DNA of 64,000 nt from Octopus bimaculoides. Lineage: Eukaryota. Under the pieces are notes generated by a model that was not told where the DNA came from, searched no databases, and saw only the letters and a program-made list of their open reading frames with translations. A program made the position numbers and the translations under genes. Below, piece by piece: positions 36,321 through 49,040 of the stretch; the stretch's first letter is position 1, and each line of letters opens with the position of its first letter. The stretch covers positions 95,799,341-95,863,340 of the forward strand of contig NC_068985.1 in assembly GCF_001194135.2 (NCBI RefSeq), in the 5' to 3' direction.

Positions 36321-37086
36321 GGACATGTTTTTCGCTTAATTTTGGAAATTGTAAACAATTTTGGAAGGAACTAGTAAAATAATTTATTTTGTCATTAAGA
36401 TTTAACAAGATGCTCAGAAGTTTTTAAAAAATCAGTACACTGCTTAATTAATGAGGTAAATTATTAGATCTATAATGAATATATGTGATAGTAAATCAAT
36501 GACAACTTTGAAAAATGAATATTGAAACAAAAGTTTAGAATATCAAACATTTTTGTGATAGACATGCCAATATGGAACTGAAGTAAATAAAAAAAAATTC
36601 TTTTTTTTTTTTTTTTTCTGACTAGTTAAAGTGAAATATTTCATTGTGAAAGTATGAGATTAAAAACTTTTTGTATAACAATCTGGTTTTCATTTATAAA
36701 TTACATTATCAAATGAAAATGTGTTAATGACCAACATTAACAGGTCATAATTAACTAATTCTATTTAGGCTGGCTAAAAAAAAGTAACCCATAACCATCC
36801 TCTAACCATATTTTCGGTAAAAACAGCTTGTGTTTTATAAAATGAATCAAAGGCCTTCGCCATATATATTGACTATAGAAAATGGTCTAAAATTAGAGCA
36901 TATAAACCCCAGTAATGGAAACAAAAAAAGGCATTGTACTAATGCCCCATTTTTTCCATTTTAGGGGATTATACGCCCTAATATTAGGTTATTGTCTGTA
37001 GCTAATATAAAGTTTATAATTCAATTTACAAAATTTCATTCACTGCTGTTTATTAACTCATGCAGAATTTGCACAGAGTGTGTTTT

Positions 37087-37424
37087 TTATTCTTTTACTT
37101 GTTTCAGTCATTTGACTGCGGCCATGCAGGAGCACCACCTTTCATCGAGCAAATCGACCCCAGGACTTATTCTAAGTGACAGAGACATAAACACACCAAC
37201 ATCGGTTGTCAAGCGATGGTGGGGGGGACAGACACAGACACAAATAACAAACGCACATACATATATACAACAGGCTTCTTTCAGTTTCCATCTACCAAAT
37301 CCACTCACAAGGCTTTGGTCGGCTCGAAACTATAGTAGAAGATACTTGCCCAAGGTGCCACGCAATGGGACTGAACCCAGAACCATGTGGTTGAGAAGTA
37401 AGCTTCTTATCACACAGCCTCCCA
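37087..37424 (-). mobile_element. SINE family 1 copy
   Basis: Tail to head motifs in reverse orientation. Confidence 0.85.
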
Positions 37425-38474
37425 TGTTTATTTTAATTTTCTTTTACAAATTCCTTTAGCATTTATGGTACCTAATAGAAATATAAAAACCTTGTACTTT
37501 ACTGGTACTTCATTTCAAGGGTCTTGGAAAGATGAAAAGCAGAGCTGATGTTGTTAGGATAGGAACTCAAAAAGACCATAACTAAATATTTGTAAGATTT
37601 AAAATATCAATATTTTAAAACTTTGGAAGGATTTAGCACACGCACACACGAAACACACAGAATTAATCTGGCAGCTGGAACAGAACAAAGGGTTCTTAAA
37701 TAGAATTATAATGCAAGATTGCAATTTAAATAAGAATATTTTAAGAAAGGTGGATTTTGTATTAGAGCCAGAGGCAGATTGGTATTACAAAGGTTAGACT
37801 ATAGTGTAGCCAGATTATCAACTCTTCACAGCAGATTATTTAAATCCTAATTTACATAAACTGAAGTAATTGTAAACTAAGTTTGATTATGAAATCACTT
37901 GAAGCAGAATTGTAGAAGTGCCAGGTTTGAGTAAATGGCAAACACTTTTGATAGGAACTTGTCTGAGATTTCTCACAAGATTTGTGAACAACAAGTTCCC
38001 CTGTTTTACACTAATTTGCATTAAAACCTTCAATCAAAATTTTATGTTAACGTGTGTTCCAAGCTCCAGCTTAATAATAACGTTTAATTTACTAAATTCT
38101 TTGTTATTTTCAAAATAAAGTGAAATAAAGATAGTTTATTTACTTCCACAGAAATACGGCAACAAAAAGGTTAAAAATGACCATCTGAACGGGGTCAATG
38201 CCAGTAGCCCCTGATTGGCCCACGTGCCGGTGTCACATAAAAAGCACCCACTACATTCTCAGAGTGGATGGCATTAGGAAGGGCATCCAGCTGTAGAAAC
38301 TTTGCCAGATCAGATTGGAGCCTGGTGCAGCCTCCTGGCTTGCTAGTCCTCAGTCAAACTGTCCAACCCATGCCAGCATGGAAAACAGACATTAAACGAT
38401 GATGATGATGAAGTACTCTCACTATCTGACACTCCGTTTATGATGTCAGTGGATGACACCCATGGAAAACAAAG

Positions 38475-38745
38475 AGATTAGGCGCAGGAGTGACTTGGGC
38501 CAACCAAAGCCTTGTGAGTGGATTTGGTACGGTGGGAACTAAAAGAAGCTCGTCGTGTGTGTTTGTCCCACACTACCACCACTTGACAACCGATGGTGTG
38601 TTTATGTCCCCGTAATTTAGCGGTTCAGCAAAAAACACTGATAGAATGAGTACTAGGCTTACAAAGAATAAGTCCTGGGGTCGATTTGTTTGACTAAAGG
38701 TGGTGCTCCAGCATGGCCACAGTCAAGATAACTGAAACAAAAGAA
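38475..38745 (+). mobile_element. SINE family 1 copy with an internal head deletion
   Basis: ggcgcaggagtg joined directly to ggccaaccaaagccttgtgagtgg, with an intact tail. Confidence 0.8.
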
Positions 38746-39397
38746 ATGAGGAAGAAAAAAAAAAAGAAAAGATTAAATGAGATGAGATGAAGCTGAACCT
38801 TACAAATATGGTAATGAGATACCAAAGCAACAGGTAGTAGTAGTAGTAAGAGAAGGAGGAGGTTGTAGAGGGTGGACAGTGGCAGAAATGGTAGAGTGTT
38901 GAACGAAATACTTTGCAATATTTAATTACATTTTGAGTTCAAATTCTGCCCAGGGCAATTTTGCATTTTATCTTTCCAGAGTTGATAAAATAAAACAATC
39001 AAGCAATGGTGGGTGAGTAGAAGGAACATAATAGATAGTCAGCGCCAAAAATACATGAAAAAAAAAAAGAAAAAGACTATATTGTACAGCAAGCCTGTCT
39101 CAGATCATAACAACATTGGGACCCTGGATATAACAATGAAAACTTTGTTTCTAAAACTGAAGAGCTTTAATTTACATCCACAAATTGATGGTATGGAAGA
39201 ACAACAAACTAGTGTTTGCTATGGAAGAACAACAACATATTATATGTCACACTTTTGAAGTGAATAAGGGTAATTAACCTATAAAGCATTGGGATTTGTG
39301 CTTACATCGCATGGACTGCTGAGCACATTCTATGAAAATGAGACTACCATGCACACAAAAAAAAAAAAATAGTTAAAATATTTTCTTAGTATATAAT

Positions 39398-39609
39398 GCT
39401 GGCAACTTTCTCTGTCATGGTCAACATGACAATCACACGCTACACACCTTCCTTCCAAGTACTTCTGTAAACAGTGGAAGTGAGCTAGAACGTTAAAACT
39501 TAGTGCACATGCACAGCAGAGTTGAAGGTCAATTTGTACCAGCAGCTTCACTGCATGCTTTAGCTTTATTACTACGGTAACAGTCCGGATACTTATTGAT
39601 CAGACCATG
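39398..39609 (-). mobile_element. 5' end of a mariner-type transposon (TIR plus leader plus transposase start)
   Basis: Minus strand catggtctgatcaataagtatccggactg resembles mariner TIRs. ATG ACA GAG AAA GTT at 39418 resembles a MTEKVE.. transposase start and is then truncated. Confidence 0.55.
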
Positions 39610-39625
39610 TGTGTGTGTGTGTGTG

Positions 39626-39661
<36 letters not shown>

Positions 39662-39964
39662 GAATATGTGTGTGTGTGAATGAGTGTCTGTTGCTGTCTG
39701 CTTGACTGTGTGATAGTTGTAAACAAGTGTTACAACAAAGCAAGCAATGTACTTTGTTTCTTGTTTTCCATGAAAACACGTCTAGTCCTTTATTTGGAAG
39801 CAACAATGGAAATGTGAACATTTAAATACTGATGATGAGAATTGTCAATTTTAAAAACCTCCAGAGGTCTCTCTCTTTCGCCATTGCCTCTGCATCTTCA
39901 CAGTATCTTTACAAAACTCCTTTCAGGCTATAAATTCATCAAATAACAAACCATTAAAACTTAC

Positions 39965-39979
39965 AACTGCGCCTGACCT
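39965..39979 (-). other. Candidate 15-nt microexon
   Basis: tcttctcttatcctttcgttttctag|AGGTCAGGCGCAGTT|gtaagt. Confidence 0.3.
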
Positions 39980-42499
39980 CTAGAAAACGAAAGGATAAGA
40001 GAAGACAGATGATGATTACCACAGTCAAGAGTATCATATGTCGTAATTCATTTAAGATTAACTTGCCTAACAGAACACTTCAGATGCCGGCATATCAATA
40101 GCATTTATGTTTAGATTGATGCGTTAGATGGAATGAATTATAAACAAAAGTATTTAATGCCATGATGAACATCATTTAATGTTTACTTTCCAAATGTTTG
40201 CATGGATCGGACAGAATTGAGGCAGATTTTTTCAAGATTATTTACAACCAGACGCACTTCATGTCACCAACATTTATTTATTTATGTTTTTCAGGGAAGG
40301 GTTTATTCCTGCAGGAATTCAGAAATGTGAAGTTAATGGACAATTTGTTGACAAGAAATATCAACAAGGTCCACCAGCTGCAGCCCAATCCTTGTTTGTG
40401 GCAGAGTTGCAGATGTTGATGTTACACATACGCACAGCTAAGCATAGTTTGGTAAACATCCACTTATCCACACGTGCACACACCATGCATGCATGCACGC
40501 GCGCACCCACACACTTTCATATGCACACACAATGGACTTCTTTCAGTTTTCATCTTACAAGTTCTCTGAAAAGGCATTGGTCGGTGCAGGCCTTATAGTT
40601 GAAGACACTAACCCAAAATGCCGCAAACTGAAGATGCATGGTTCAAGAAAAGAACACTTAACATCCAAGCCTACATAAATATGTAATTCAGGAGATCAAT
40701 GAGTATTGAGATATGGAAATTAACAAAAGCAGTCACTCTCTCTAGATCTGATGAAGTAAACTGCTGATGAGTTGGCAATGACCAGGTGAAACTCAAGTTA
40801 TTCTTCTTTTCATTCTATAGAGAGAGTCATAGAGTTTAACTACAGAATCTATTTACACAAGGCAAAGCATATGTTAATTCTATGTTCACATGTAAATTGA
40901 TTAACAAACTTACCCAAAGCAACTTAACATTATGAAAGAGGTTAATTACAAGAAAGAAAACAACCCATATTAATAGACGTTAGGAAACTAATCTCTATAA
41001 ATCTATTCACACCAATATGCAAATAAATAAAAAATAACAAGCTATTTTATATTTAACTGACAGTATCTTAATTACAATCTCTAATCTATAATCGACAGTT
41101 CTTTGATCTTTGCAAAGAATGCCATTCCAATGTATTGTATTTCCCAACTCATTTACTAGTCTGGCTCATCAATACGGCCAAAGTATGTAGATAAATAGCT
41201 TAGTGATCTTTACGAAATTGTAAGAGAGACAATGTATAAACCACATTATTTAATCTCCATGCACCATGCTGGTGTGGGTGGGATGATTTATCAGGATCTC
41301 ACAGGTCTGCTAAATGCATCATGTTCCAGTATCTGCTTATGTATGGTTTCTACAGCTGGATACTTTTTTTCCTAATGCCAACCACATTACAGGTTGTATT
41401 GAGTGCTTTTTTTAAGGTTTATTATTTATTTATTTTTGTGCCATGAGCACCAGTGAGGTCACCATGTAGCTTGCAACACTGCAAACCCAGAGGGGGGTAG
41501 CTTTATGATAGAAAATGAAGAAGGTCAAAGTATGTGATAAGGGACTAACAGAAGGGGGCTTCTAGCTGGAGAGGAACTATACAACTATACATATTTTAGA
41601 AGAGAGGGTGGGAGTGACCAGACAGGGGTGGAAAGAGAGGAGGAGGAGTGGACTCTTAAGGTATGAAGTGTGTAGCAGTGAGNNNNNNNNNNNNNNNNNN
41701 NNNNNNNNNNNNNNNNNNNNNNNNNNNNNNNNNNNNNNNNNNNNNNNNNNNNNNNNNNNNNNNNNNNNNNNNNNNNNNNNNNNNNNNNNNNNNNNNNNNN
41801 NNNNNNNNNNNNNNNNNNNNNNNNNNNNNNNNNNNNNNNNNNNNNNNNNNNNNNNNNNNNNNNNNNNNNNNNNNNNNNNNNNNNNNNNNNNNNNNNNNNN
41901 NNNNNNNNNNNNNNNNNNNNNNNNNNNNNNNNNNNNNNNNNNNNNNNNNNNNNNNNNNNNNNNNNNNNNNNNNNNNNNNNNNNNNNNNNNNNNNNNNNNN
42001 NNNNNNNNNNNNNNNNNNNNNNNNNNNNNNNNNNNNNNNNNNNNNNNNNNNNNNNNNNNNNNNNNNNNNNNNNNNNNNNNNNNNNNNNNNNNNNNNNNNN
42101 NNNNNNNNNNNNNNNNNNNNNNNNNNNNNNNNNNNNNNNNNNNNNNNNNNNNNNNNNNNNNNNNNNNNNNNNNNNNNNNNNNNNNNNNNNNNNNNNNNNN
42201 NNNNNNNNNNNNNNNNNNNNNNNNNNNNNNNNNNNNNNNNNNNNNNNNNNNNNNNNNNNNNNNNNNNNNNNNNNNNNNNNNNNNNNNNNNNNNNNNNNNN
42301 NNNNNNNNNNNNNNNNNNTTAGAAATGTCTAAAACAATAATGGTAGGTTAGGATGCCATTGAGGAAATCTGGTAGAGTAATTTCATACTAAAAATACTTG
42401 TGTACTTAATTTTGATGATGTTACATTCCTGTTTACTTACAGCCAACACCCATGGCATCATCTGTTATTTTTCCAGTAGAAGGGAACATGTGACTGTGA

Positions 42500-42551
<52 letters not shown>

Positions 42552-42984
42552 TGGGAAAGGGAGGTAACCTGCAAGTCAAGGCAGTCAAAACATCTCAAAC
42601 AACTGCAAGCAGCAGTTTGTAATTACTAAAATAAACCAAATATAATAGAATGAAAACTATGTTTCTGCTACCAGGAATATAGTGTTTGGAACATTGTAGG
42701 TGGCAAGAAATTTGTAATCAATACAAACCAAATAAAACAAAATCAATAAGTTCAATGGTATTGAAAAGCTATTGATTCATTCAACAACTAGAACCAGTTT
42801 CAAACTCTAGCCAAATCCCAATTTAGCTTTAAGCTGAAAAAAACTAATTACTTCTTAAAATCTACTTCACACAAATAGCCAGCATACAAAACAATAATTA
42901 AAGGAACTGGGAAATACCATTGGGTATTTATTTATAGAATTAGCAAGGAAACTGCTAAAATTTTATTTAAGAAATTTTTGCAAG

Positions 42985-43805
42985 TATAGATGACTGTGTG
43001 GTTAAGAAGCTTGCTTTGCAACCAGCAGTTTTGGGTTCAGATCTACTGCATGGCACCTAGAGCAAGTGTCTTCTACTATAGCCCTGAGCTGACTAATGCC
43101 TTAGGAATGAATTTAGTAGATGGAAACAGTATGGAAGCACATGTGTATGTGGTGTGGGGTGCACTTATGTCTTCATGTTTGCCTCACTATTTGACAACCA
43201 GTGTTGGTTTGTTTACATTTGATAACTTAGCAGTTCAGCAAAAAGGGGTAATAGAATAAGTGCCAGACTTTAGAAATAAAAAGAAAGAGGTTAAGACTCT
43301 GCTGCCTAGAACGAAGGCAGGAAAGATCTTAGAAGGATCTGGAAAATCCTGGAAAGATTTGTAACAAACTTGGTCGTAGAAAATTACACAACCAATAGTA
43401 CAGGACGTCAGTGCCTAATGACAAAGATCCCAACATCACCATCAAGGTACAGGACCAGATACTGCAACAGCTTTAGTTTCAAGGGCCCACAGCTCTTCAA
43501 GATCCTCCCCAAAAAAGCCTGAGACACCTGCATGAGATGGATGTAGGTGTCTTCAGGACAAAATCTGTCAAGAGTTCCAGATGAGCCGATCTCATGGCAG
43601 AACACAGAGATGAGGACAGCAGCATCAAACTCCCTCATTTACGAAATACCACATATCAGAGGAGGCTTCAAATAATGAACGTGTAGCAAAAGTAATGGCA
43701 GTGCCCCAGCATGGCCACAGTTCTCAAACTGAAACTGGTTAAAGAGTTACAGAGAGGGTTGATTTGTTCAAATTAAACTCAAGGTGGTGCCCCAGTATGG
43801 CCAAT
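42985..43805 (+). mobile_element. SINE family 1 copy split by a LINE 3' fragment
   Basis: SINE body at 42985-43265 and remaining tail gggttgatttgttc...ggtggtgccccagtatggcc at 43757-43805. Confidence 0.65.
43335..43755 (+). mobile_element. 3' end of a CR1/L2-type LINE ORF2 plus 3' UTR (clade unresolved)
   Basis: IWKILERFVTNLVVENYTTNSTGRQCLMTKIPTSPSRYRTRYCNSFSFKGPQLFKILPKK, frameshift, LRHLHEMDVGVFRTK..LSRVPDEPISWQNTEMRTAASNSLIYEIPHIRGGFK*, then ggcagtgccccagcatggccacag. Confidence 0.78.
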
Positions 43806-43906
43806 GATACAAAATGAAAAAAATAATGCTATCAACCATTGAACTGGATGGGGAAGTTGTTCATAGAAAGCTGCCATGCAAAACTAGACTGTCGGTAAAA
43901 ACTCAC

Positions 43907-43993
43907 CTGGAAAGAGTTGTGACCTACAAATATTGAATTCACCTTACCAATAACTGATCGTCGTTACCGAAAGTCAACAACATTTCAACTTAC
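43907..43993 (-). other. Candidate non-coding (5' UTR) exon
   Basis: Strong acceptor tttttctttcttttttag| and donor CCAG|gtgagt. 87 nt with stops in all three frames. Confidence 0.35.
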
Positions 43994-44079
43994 CTAAAAA
44001 AGAAAGAAAAAATACTATGAATGTTGTTGGAATTTTAAATCAAAGGATTTATATAAACATAACAATCAATTTGTAAGTA

Positions 44080-44535
44080 AAGTTCTGGCCAAAAGTCACC
44101 TGACAGTAAATTAAAACCCATTTAATTCCAAGAATAAAACAAAAAGTTATTTTATGAGACTTTGCTAATAAATAGACAAAAAAGACAAAAAAAAAACGGT
44201 AATTTTAACTCACAAAATTCAATTATTAAACATTCATAATTGGAATGAATAAATAAAATTGAATATTAAGTTCAAATTACGACAAACGTAAATAAACAAA
44301 TGAAGTTTGCTTTTAGAAGCGTTGAGATGTCTTTAGAAAGTTAAACGATTTTTTAAAATTCTCAATCTGTCCACAGCTAGCCACCTACACTTTTCTCTGC
44401 AAAATAGGGTTAGTTTATCCTGTTCAGGCTATATTATTAGCATTATTCTGCGATTGAGAATTTATTAAAAAATCATTGAATATTTAGTATTTATGGAATT
44501 TTGACCTACTGTCAGGTGACTTTTGGCCAACACTG
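44080..44535. mobile_element. Tc1/mariner-type MITE
   Basis: Perfect 23-bp inverted repeat tggccaaaagtcacctgacagta (44086-44108) / tactgtcaggtgacttttggcca (44507-44529). The right end reads ...cactg|TA, and TA lies at 44078-44079. Confidence 0.8.
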
Positions 44536-44579
44536 TATATATAAGTATGGTACAAGAAAAAACCCCATTAAGATGAAGT

Positions 44580-44631
<52 letters not shown>

Positions 44632-45344
44632 ATATCTATAATGCTATTGTCACTTGAAATCTAAACTTATCTTAACACCTCTAGAAATTAGCATTATTCA
44701 TCCAAGGCCTTGTAATAATGCCAAACAGAAGCAGATTAAGAAGAGAAAGAAAGAGAGCAGAAACTGACTCACATAATGAGCAAGAGAAGACAAAAGGAAA
44801 AACGAGAGATGAAACAATGGCTGTACTCATCTGAGAAGTACTTGAAAATACCAAGTCATCCTTTAATTAATGGCAGTAAGAATAAATAAACCAGTGGAAC
44901 ATTCAGGTTGGAAAAGAACTGTGCAAATGCCAAAAAGTTAAAAAGTAAAAAAAAAAAAGTAAAAATATGTAAATAAATAAACAGATGCAGATGTGGGAAG
45001 AAGCTTGCTTCTCAATCACATGATTCCAGGTTCAGTCCCACTGCAGGACACCTTGGGCAAGTGTCTTCTATTATAGCCCTGGGTTGACCAAAGCCTTGTG
45101 AGTGGATTTGGTAGATGGAAATTGAAAGAAGCCCATCGTGTGTGTGTGTGTGTACCCTACATACACCATGGTTGTGTGGTAGGAAGCTTGTTTCTCAACC
45201 ACATGGTTCTGGGTTCAGTCCCACTGCGGGACACCTTGGGCAAGTGTCTTCTACTATAGCCCTGGGTTGACCAAAGCCTTGTGAGTGGATTTGGTAGATG
45301 AAAACTGAAAGAAGCCTGTTGCATGTTTGTATGCATATAGTCGT

Positions 45345-45490
45345 GTCAACTGCAACAGTCCCCCAGTGCCCAAGCTGCAGCCAAACCTTCAAGAGCGCAC
45401 ATTGGACTGATTGGCTCCAAGATAGACGCAACCTACCCGCTTTTCTTCTCCCATGTGATATCCTTGGTTATCGTCAACAATGAAGGACAA
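45345..45490 (+). mobile_element. RTE (BovB-like) LINE extreme 3' end inserted in the SINE microsatellite
   Basis: TVPQCPSCSQTF, frameshift, RAHIGLIG resembles the RTE C-terminal CPxCxRTFRAxIGLxxH motif. Followed by ttggttatcgtcaacaatgaaggacaaac. Confidence 0.6.
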
Positions 45491-45630
45491 ACTGATATGA
45501 TTGTGTGTGTGTGTGTGTGTGTGTATGTATCATTGTGTATGTGTTTGTTCCCACACCCCTGCTTCACAACCAGCTTTGGTTTGTTTATATCCCCCATAAC
45601 CTAATGGTTTAACAAAAGAGACCGATAGAA

Positions 45631-45805
45631 CAGTGCTCCACAACTGGTATGCCATGGCACACTGGTGTGCCACGAGATGATGCTCATAACCTGAATATAA
45701 CTTTTTTTTCCCTATACCTTTAATTATACTCTTAGCTCAAGTGTGCCACCAAATTTTGAGAAGAATTTAAGTTCAATGCAAGTGAAAAAATGTCACAGCG
45801 CACTG
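45631..45805. mobile_element. hAT-type MITE nested in SINE 1
   Basis: CAGTGC...GCACTG termini with 8-bp TSD cgatagaa (45623-45630) / caatagaa (45806-45813). Removing it restores gatagaataagcac. Confidence 0.7.
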
Positions 45806-46836
45806 CAATAGAATAAGCACCAGGCTTTAAAAAAAATAATAAAAAGTACTGGGGGTTGATTTGTTTCGTTAAAAGTCATTTAAGGTGGTGCCCCAGCTTG
45901 GCCACAATCCAATGACTGAAACGAATAAAAGATAAAGGATAAAAGATGAAAATGAATAAAAGAGATTTTCTGCAGAAACTAAAATTTTCTGTAAATGACA
46001 TGTTTCTTTGAAAGAAATGAAAAGAAAAGGAAGACAATACAAAATTCTTTGTGTGAAGAAGACATCATCAATAGTGCCATGTTGGTAAACTGCAGATATT
46101 CAGAAGCAGAAAGAGAGGGGGGGAAGAGCGGGTGGATGGTGGAGGTGAGATTTTTGTCTGGTTTGTGTTGGCAGCTGGAAGTTGGTTGGACGCTGCTATA
46201 AAAGAGCTTAATTCTACCATCAAAAGATAAAGGCAAGTAAGGAGACATTAAGCAAAAGAGATCCCAGTAGATTCAGCTTTCTTTAATCTCTACATTCATA
46301 TCAGTTAAGAGATAAGATTCGTTTTTTTTCCTTCTTACATTTTAGACGCAGTTTTCAGAATTGCATCACAGCCAATCTACAACTTGAGGGAGAGTGTGAG
46401 GGGAAAGAGCTAGAGAGAGAGAGAGAGGAGCTAGTGAGCAAGGGAGTGAAAGACAGAGAAAAAGAGAGAGTGAAAGAGCCAAGAGGGAGAGAGAGAAATT
46501 TCTGTATGTTTTGTTAGAAAATTATAATAAAACCTCTTCATATACAAACTTCCACACATCGTTCTCTCCTGCTCCTCCTCTCTCCCCTAATTAATATCCA
46601 TCACACAACTATTAATTAGGACTTATTTGATTAGGACAATTTTCATTGCTTTACCTCCAAGACAAATTTATTGCTCTTTCCTATGATACTTTCAGCTTTC
46701 TCATTGCTAAATCTGAATTGCAGGTTTCTAATTGTCAATTCTTCTCTGTCTGTCTCTCTCTCTCCACACACACACACACACACACATAATGCAAATAGGG
46801 ATTTTAAATGTATGTAGTTAATGTTTTGTGTTGCTA

Positions 46837-47356
46837 CAATTGGACACCAGAGTTGTGCACCACGGCTATGTTTTTGCTGTCATCCTCTGTGTGTGCATGT
46901 GTGTGCACGTGCACGAGATTCGAGTATGTGGGTGTGAAAAGCTTTCACTAATCCTCAACAAGTACCCTGATAGAATCCAGATTTGGCTAACCACATCGAA
47001 TGATAGAAAACATTTAGAATTATTTAGAATAAACAAACTGTACCACATCTGATTTGCAAGTCCCGAGTTCACTTCAACGGATTTCATGAAGAATACAGAG
47101 TATATTGAGGCACCGGATTTTAGTATACATTACAGAGTATATTATCAAGACAGAATAATTGTGAATGGAGATTTATACATCTTTAAAATTTATTTATTAA
47201 AAAACATCTTCTTCATATTTCATTCTGACATGTGTGTCTGCGGATCTGTGTGTCTTAGAATATTTATTCAGCAGAAACACATCAGGATAAAATATGAAGT
47301 AAATGTTTTTTTATTACATAAATGTTGAAGATGTGTAACTCTGATGTCTTTGTCTT

Positions 47357-47437
<81 letters not shown>

Positions 47438-47964
47438 TATATACACATACAGGGTGCGGTGAATAAACTGTCATCTAAATTACGCAAAAAATGAAAATAA
47501 CAATGACGTCTCATTTTTTACAGATATATTGACCAAAATGACATAAAAATATCTTGAAATACTAAAGAGTAAATTTATTCAATAAAATCGCCATTGGCTT
47601 CAACCACGGTTAAGGGTATTAAATTCATTCCTTCTCAATTACAACAATACATTGTTCAGCCACATCAGGAATATAAATTAGTGTTTCATTATACACTCAA
47701 TGATAGATATTTTGAAGCGGTTTTACGGGAATAAAAGTATGGCTCTGTGGATATAAATACAATCCTGTGACAGTGACTGGAATGCAGTAATCATAAATTA
47801 CATTATACAAGTATGATATTTCAATTTTTTTTTTCCTCTTGTTTATATTTGGGTAAAGAGAATTGATATACAGGATGTAAAACTCATATTTCTGGTAATG
47901 ATATTCTGCGTTTCTGCAATTAGACACCAGAGTTGTGTACCACGGCTATGTTTTTGCTGTCATC

Positions 47965-48014
<50 letters not shown>

Positions 48015-48077
48015 ATGCATGTGCACGAGATTCGAGTATGTGGTTGTAAAAAGCTTTCACTAATCCTCAACAAGTAC
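46837..48077. repeat. Pair of direct repeats (46837-46965 and 47917-48077) enclosing about 950 bp
   Basis: caatt(g/a)gacaccagagttgtg(c/t)accacggctatgtttttgctgtcatcctctgtg...gcacgagattcgagtatgtgg...aaagctttcactaatcctcaacaagtac. Confidence 0.85.
47450..47609 (-). mobile_element. 3' end of a Tc1/mariner (maT/DD37D-like) transposon
   Basis: TA|cagggtg terminus. Minus strand encodes VVEANGDFIE*, a typical transposase C-terminus. Confidence 0.6.
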
Positions 48078-48663
48078 TTATATACTGACACTGGTATAAT
48101 CCCAAGTCAAAATAGTCTGACGTCGTAACTGGGCTTAAAATTGAAAAACAAGAAGCTCTATTTTACAGCTATACTAGAGAGAAGAAAGCAAAAAAAGAGA
48201 TAAAGAGGATGGGAAAAGCAACCAGAGAACAAAAGTGAGAGAGAAACAAAGTGCTATCCATTTACATATTTAAATGGATTCATATTTAGTCCGAGATCAA
48301 CTTGTAGCAGAGCTACAATAGAAAAGGGTGCAGTCATAACGATTCCATCTTGCTTTCAAACAATATATTTTTCACAACTAAATTATCCAATATAACTTTC
48401 CAATTTTTTTCCTTATAAAATTTTAAGATATGAAAGAAATTTAACTGCAATTTCTAGACAGATTTCATGACAGGCTAATTTTTCCATAAGCCAATTCAGG
48501 AAAACGATCAGTGCCTGCTGACATTCTTGGAGGAAAATTACGGCAAATTAGAGTCACGTATTTCTAGAAACACTATGCTGATATCTGTGGAGGCATGTGG
48601 ATTAGCCAGTGGCACTTCCGACTCCTCTTTATGTAATCAAGTGATTGTGGTCTACATATCCCA

Positions 48664-49040
48664 CAGTCATTTTGACTGTGGCCATGCTGAAGCAGTGTTT
48701 AGTCGAGCAAATTGACCCCAGTACTTATTCTTTGTAAGTCTAGTACTTATTCTATCAGTCCCTTTTGCCGAACCGCTAAGTTACGGGGGACCTAAACACA
48801 CCAGCATCGGTTGTCAAGCGATGGTGGGGGGACAAACACAGACACACAAACATATACACATACATACATATACACATATATATATATATACATATATATA
48901 TACGACGGGCTTCTTTCAGTTTCTGTCTACCAAATCCACTCACAAGGCTTTGGTCGGCCTGAGGCTATAGTAGAAGACACTTGCCCAAGGTGCCACGCAG
49001 TGGGACTGAACCTGGAACCATGTGGTTGGTAGGTAAACTA
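48664..49040 (-). mobile_element. SINE family 1, near full length
   Basis: All diagnostic motifs present. Confidence 0.88.

Larger units (their letters stand above)
44985..45945 (+). mobile_element. Duplicated SINE 1 head plus a SINE 1 body carrying two nested insertions
   Basis: Heads at about 44990-45150 and 45170-45320 are near-identical. The tail ends near 45945. Confidence 0.8.

Noticed and set aside
41608-42351. 247-aa ORF, and similar ORFs at 14449-14855, 16643-17566 and 60280-60904
   Set aside because: Almost entirely X from assembly gaps.
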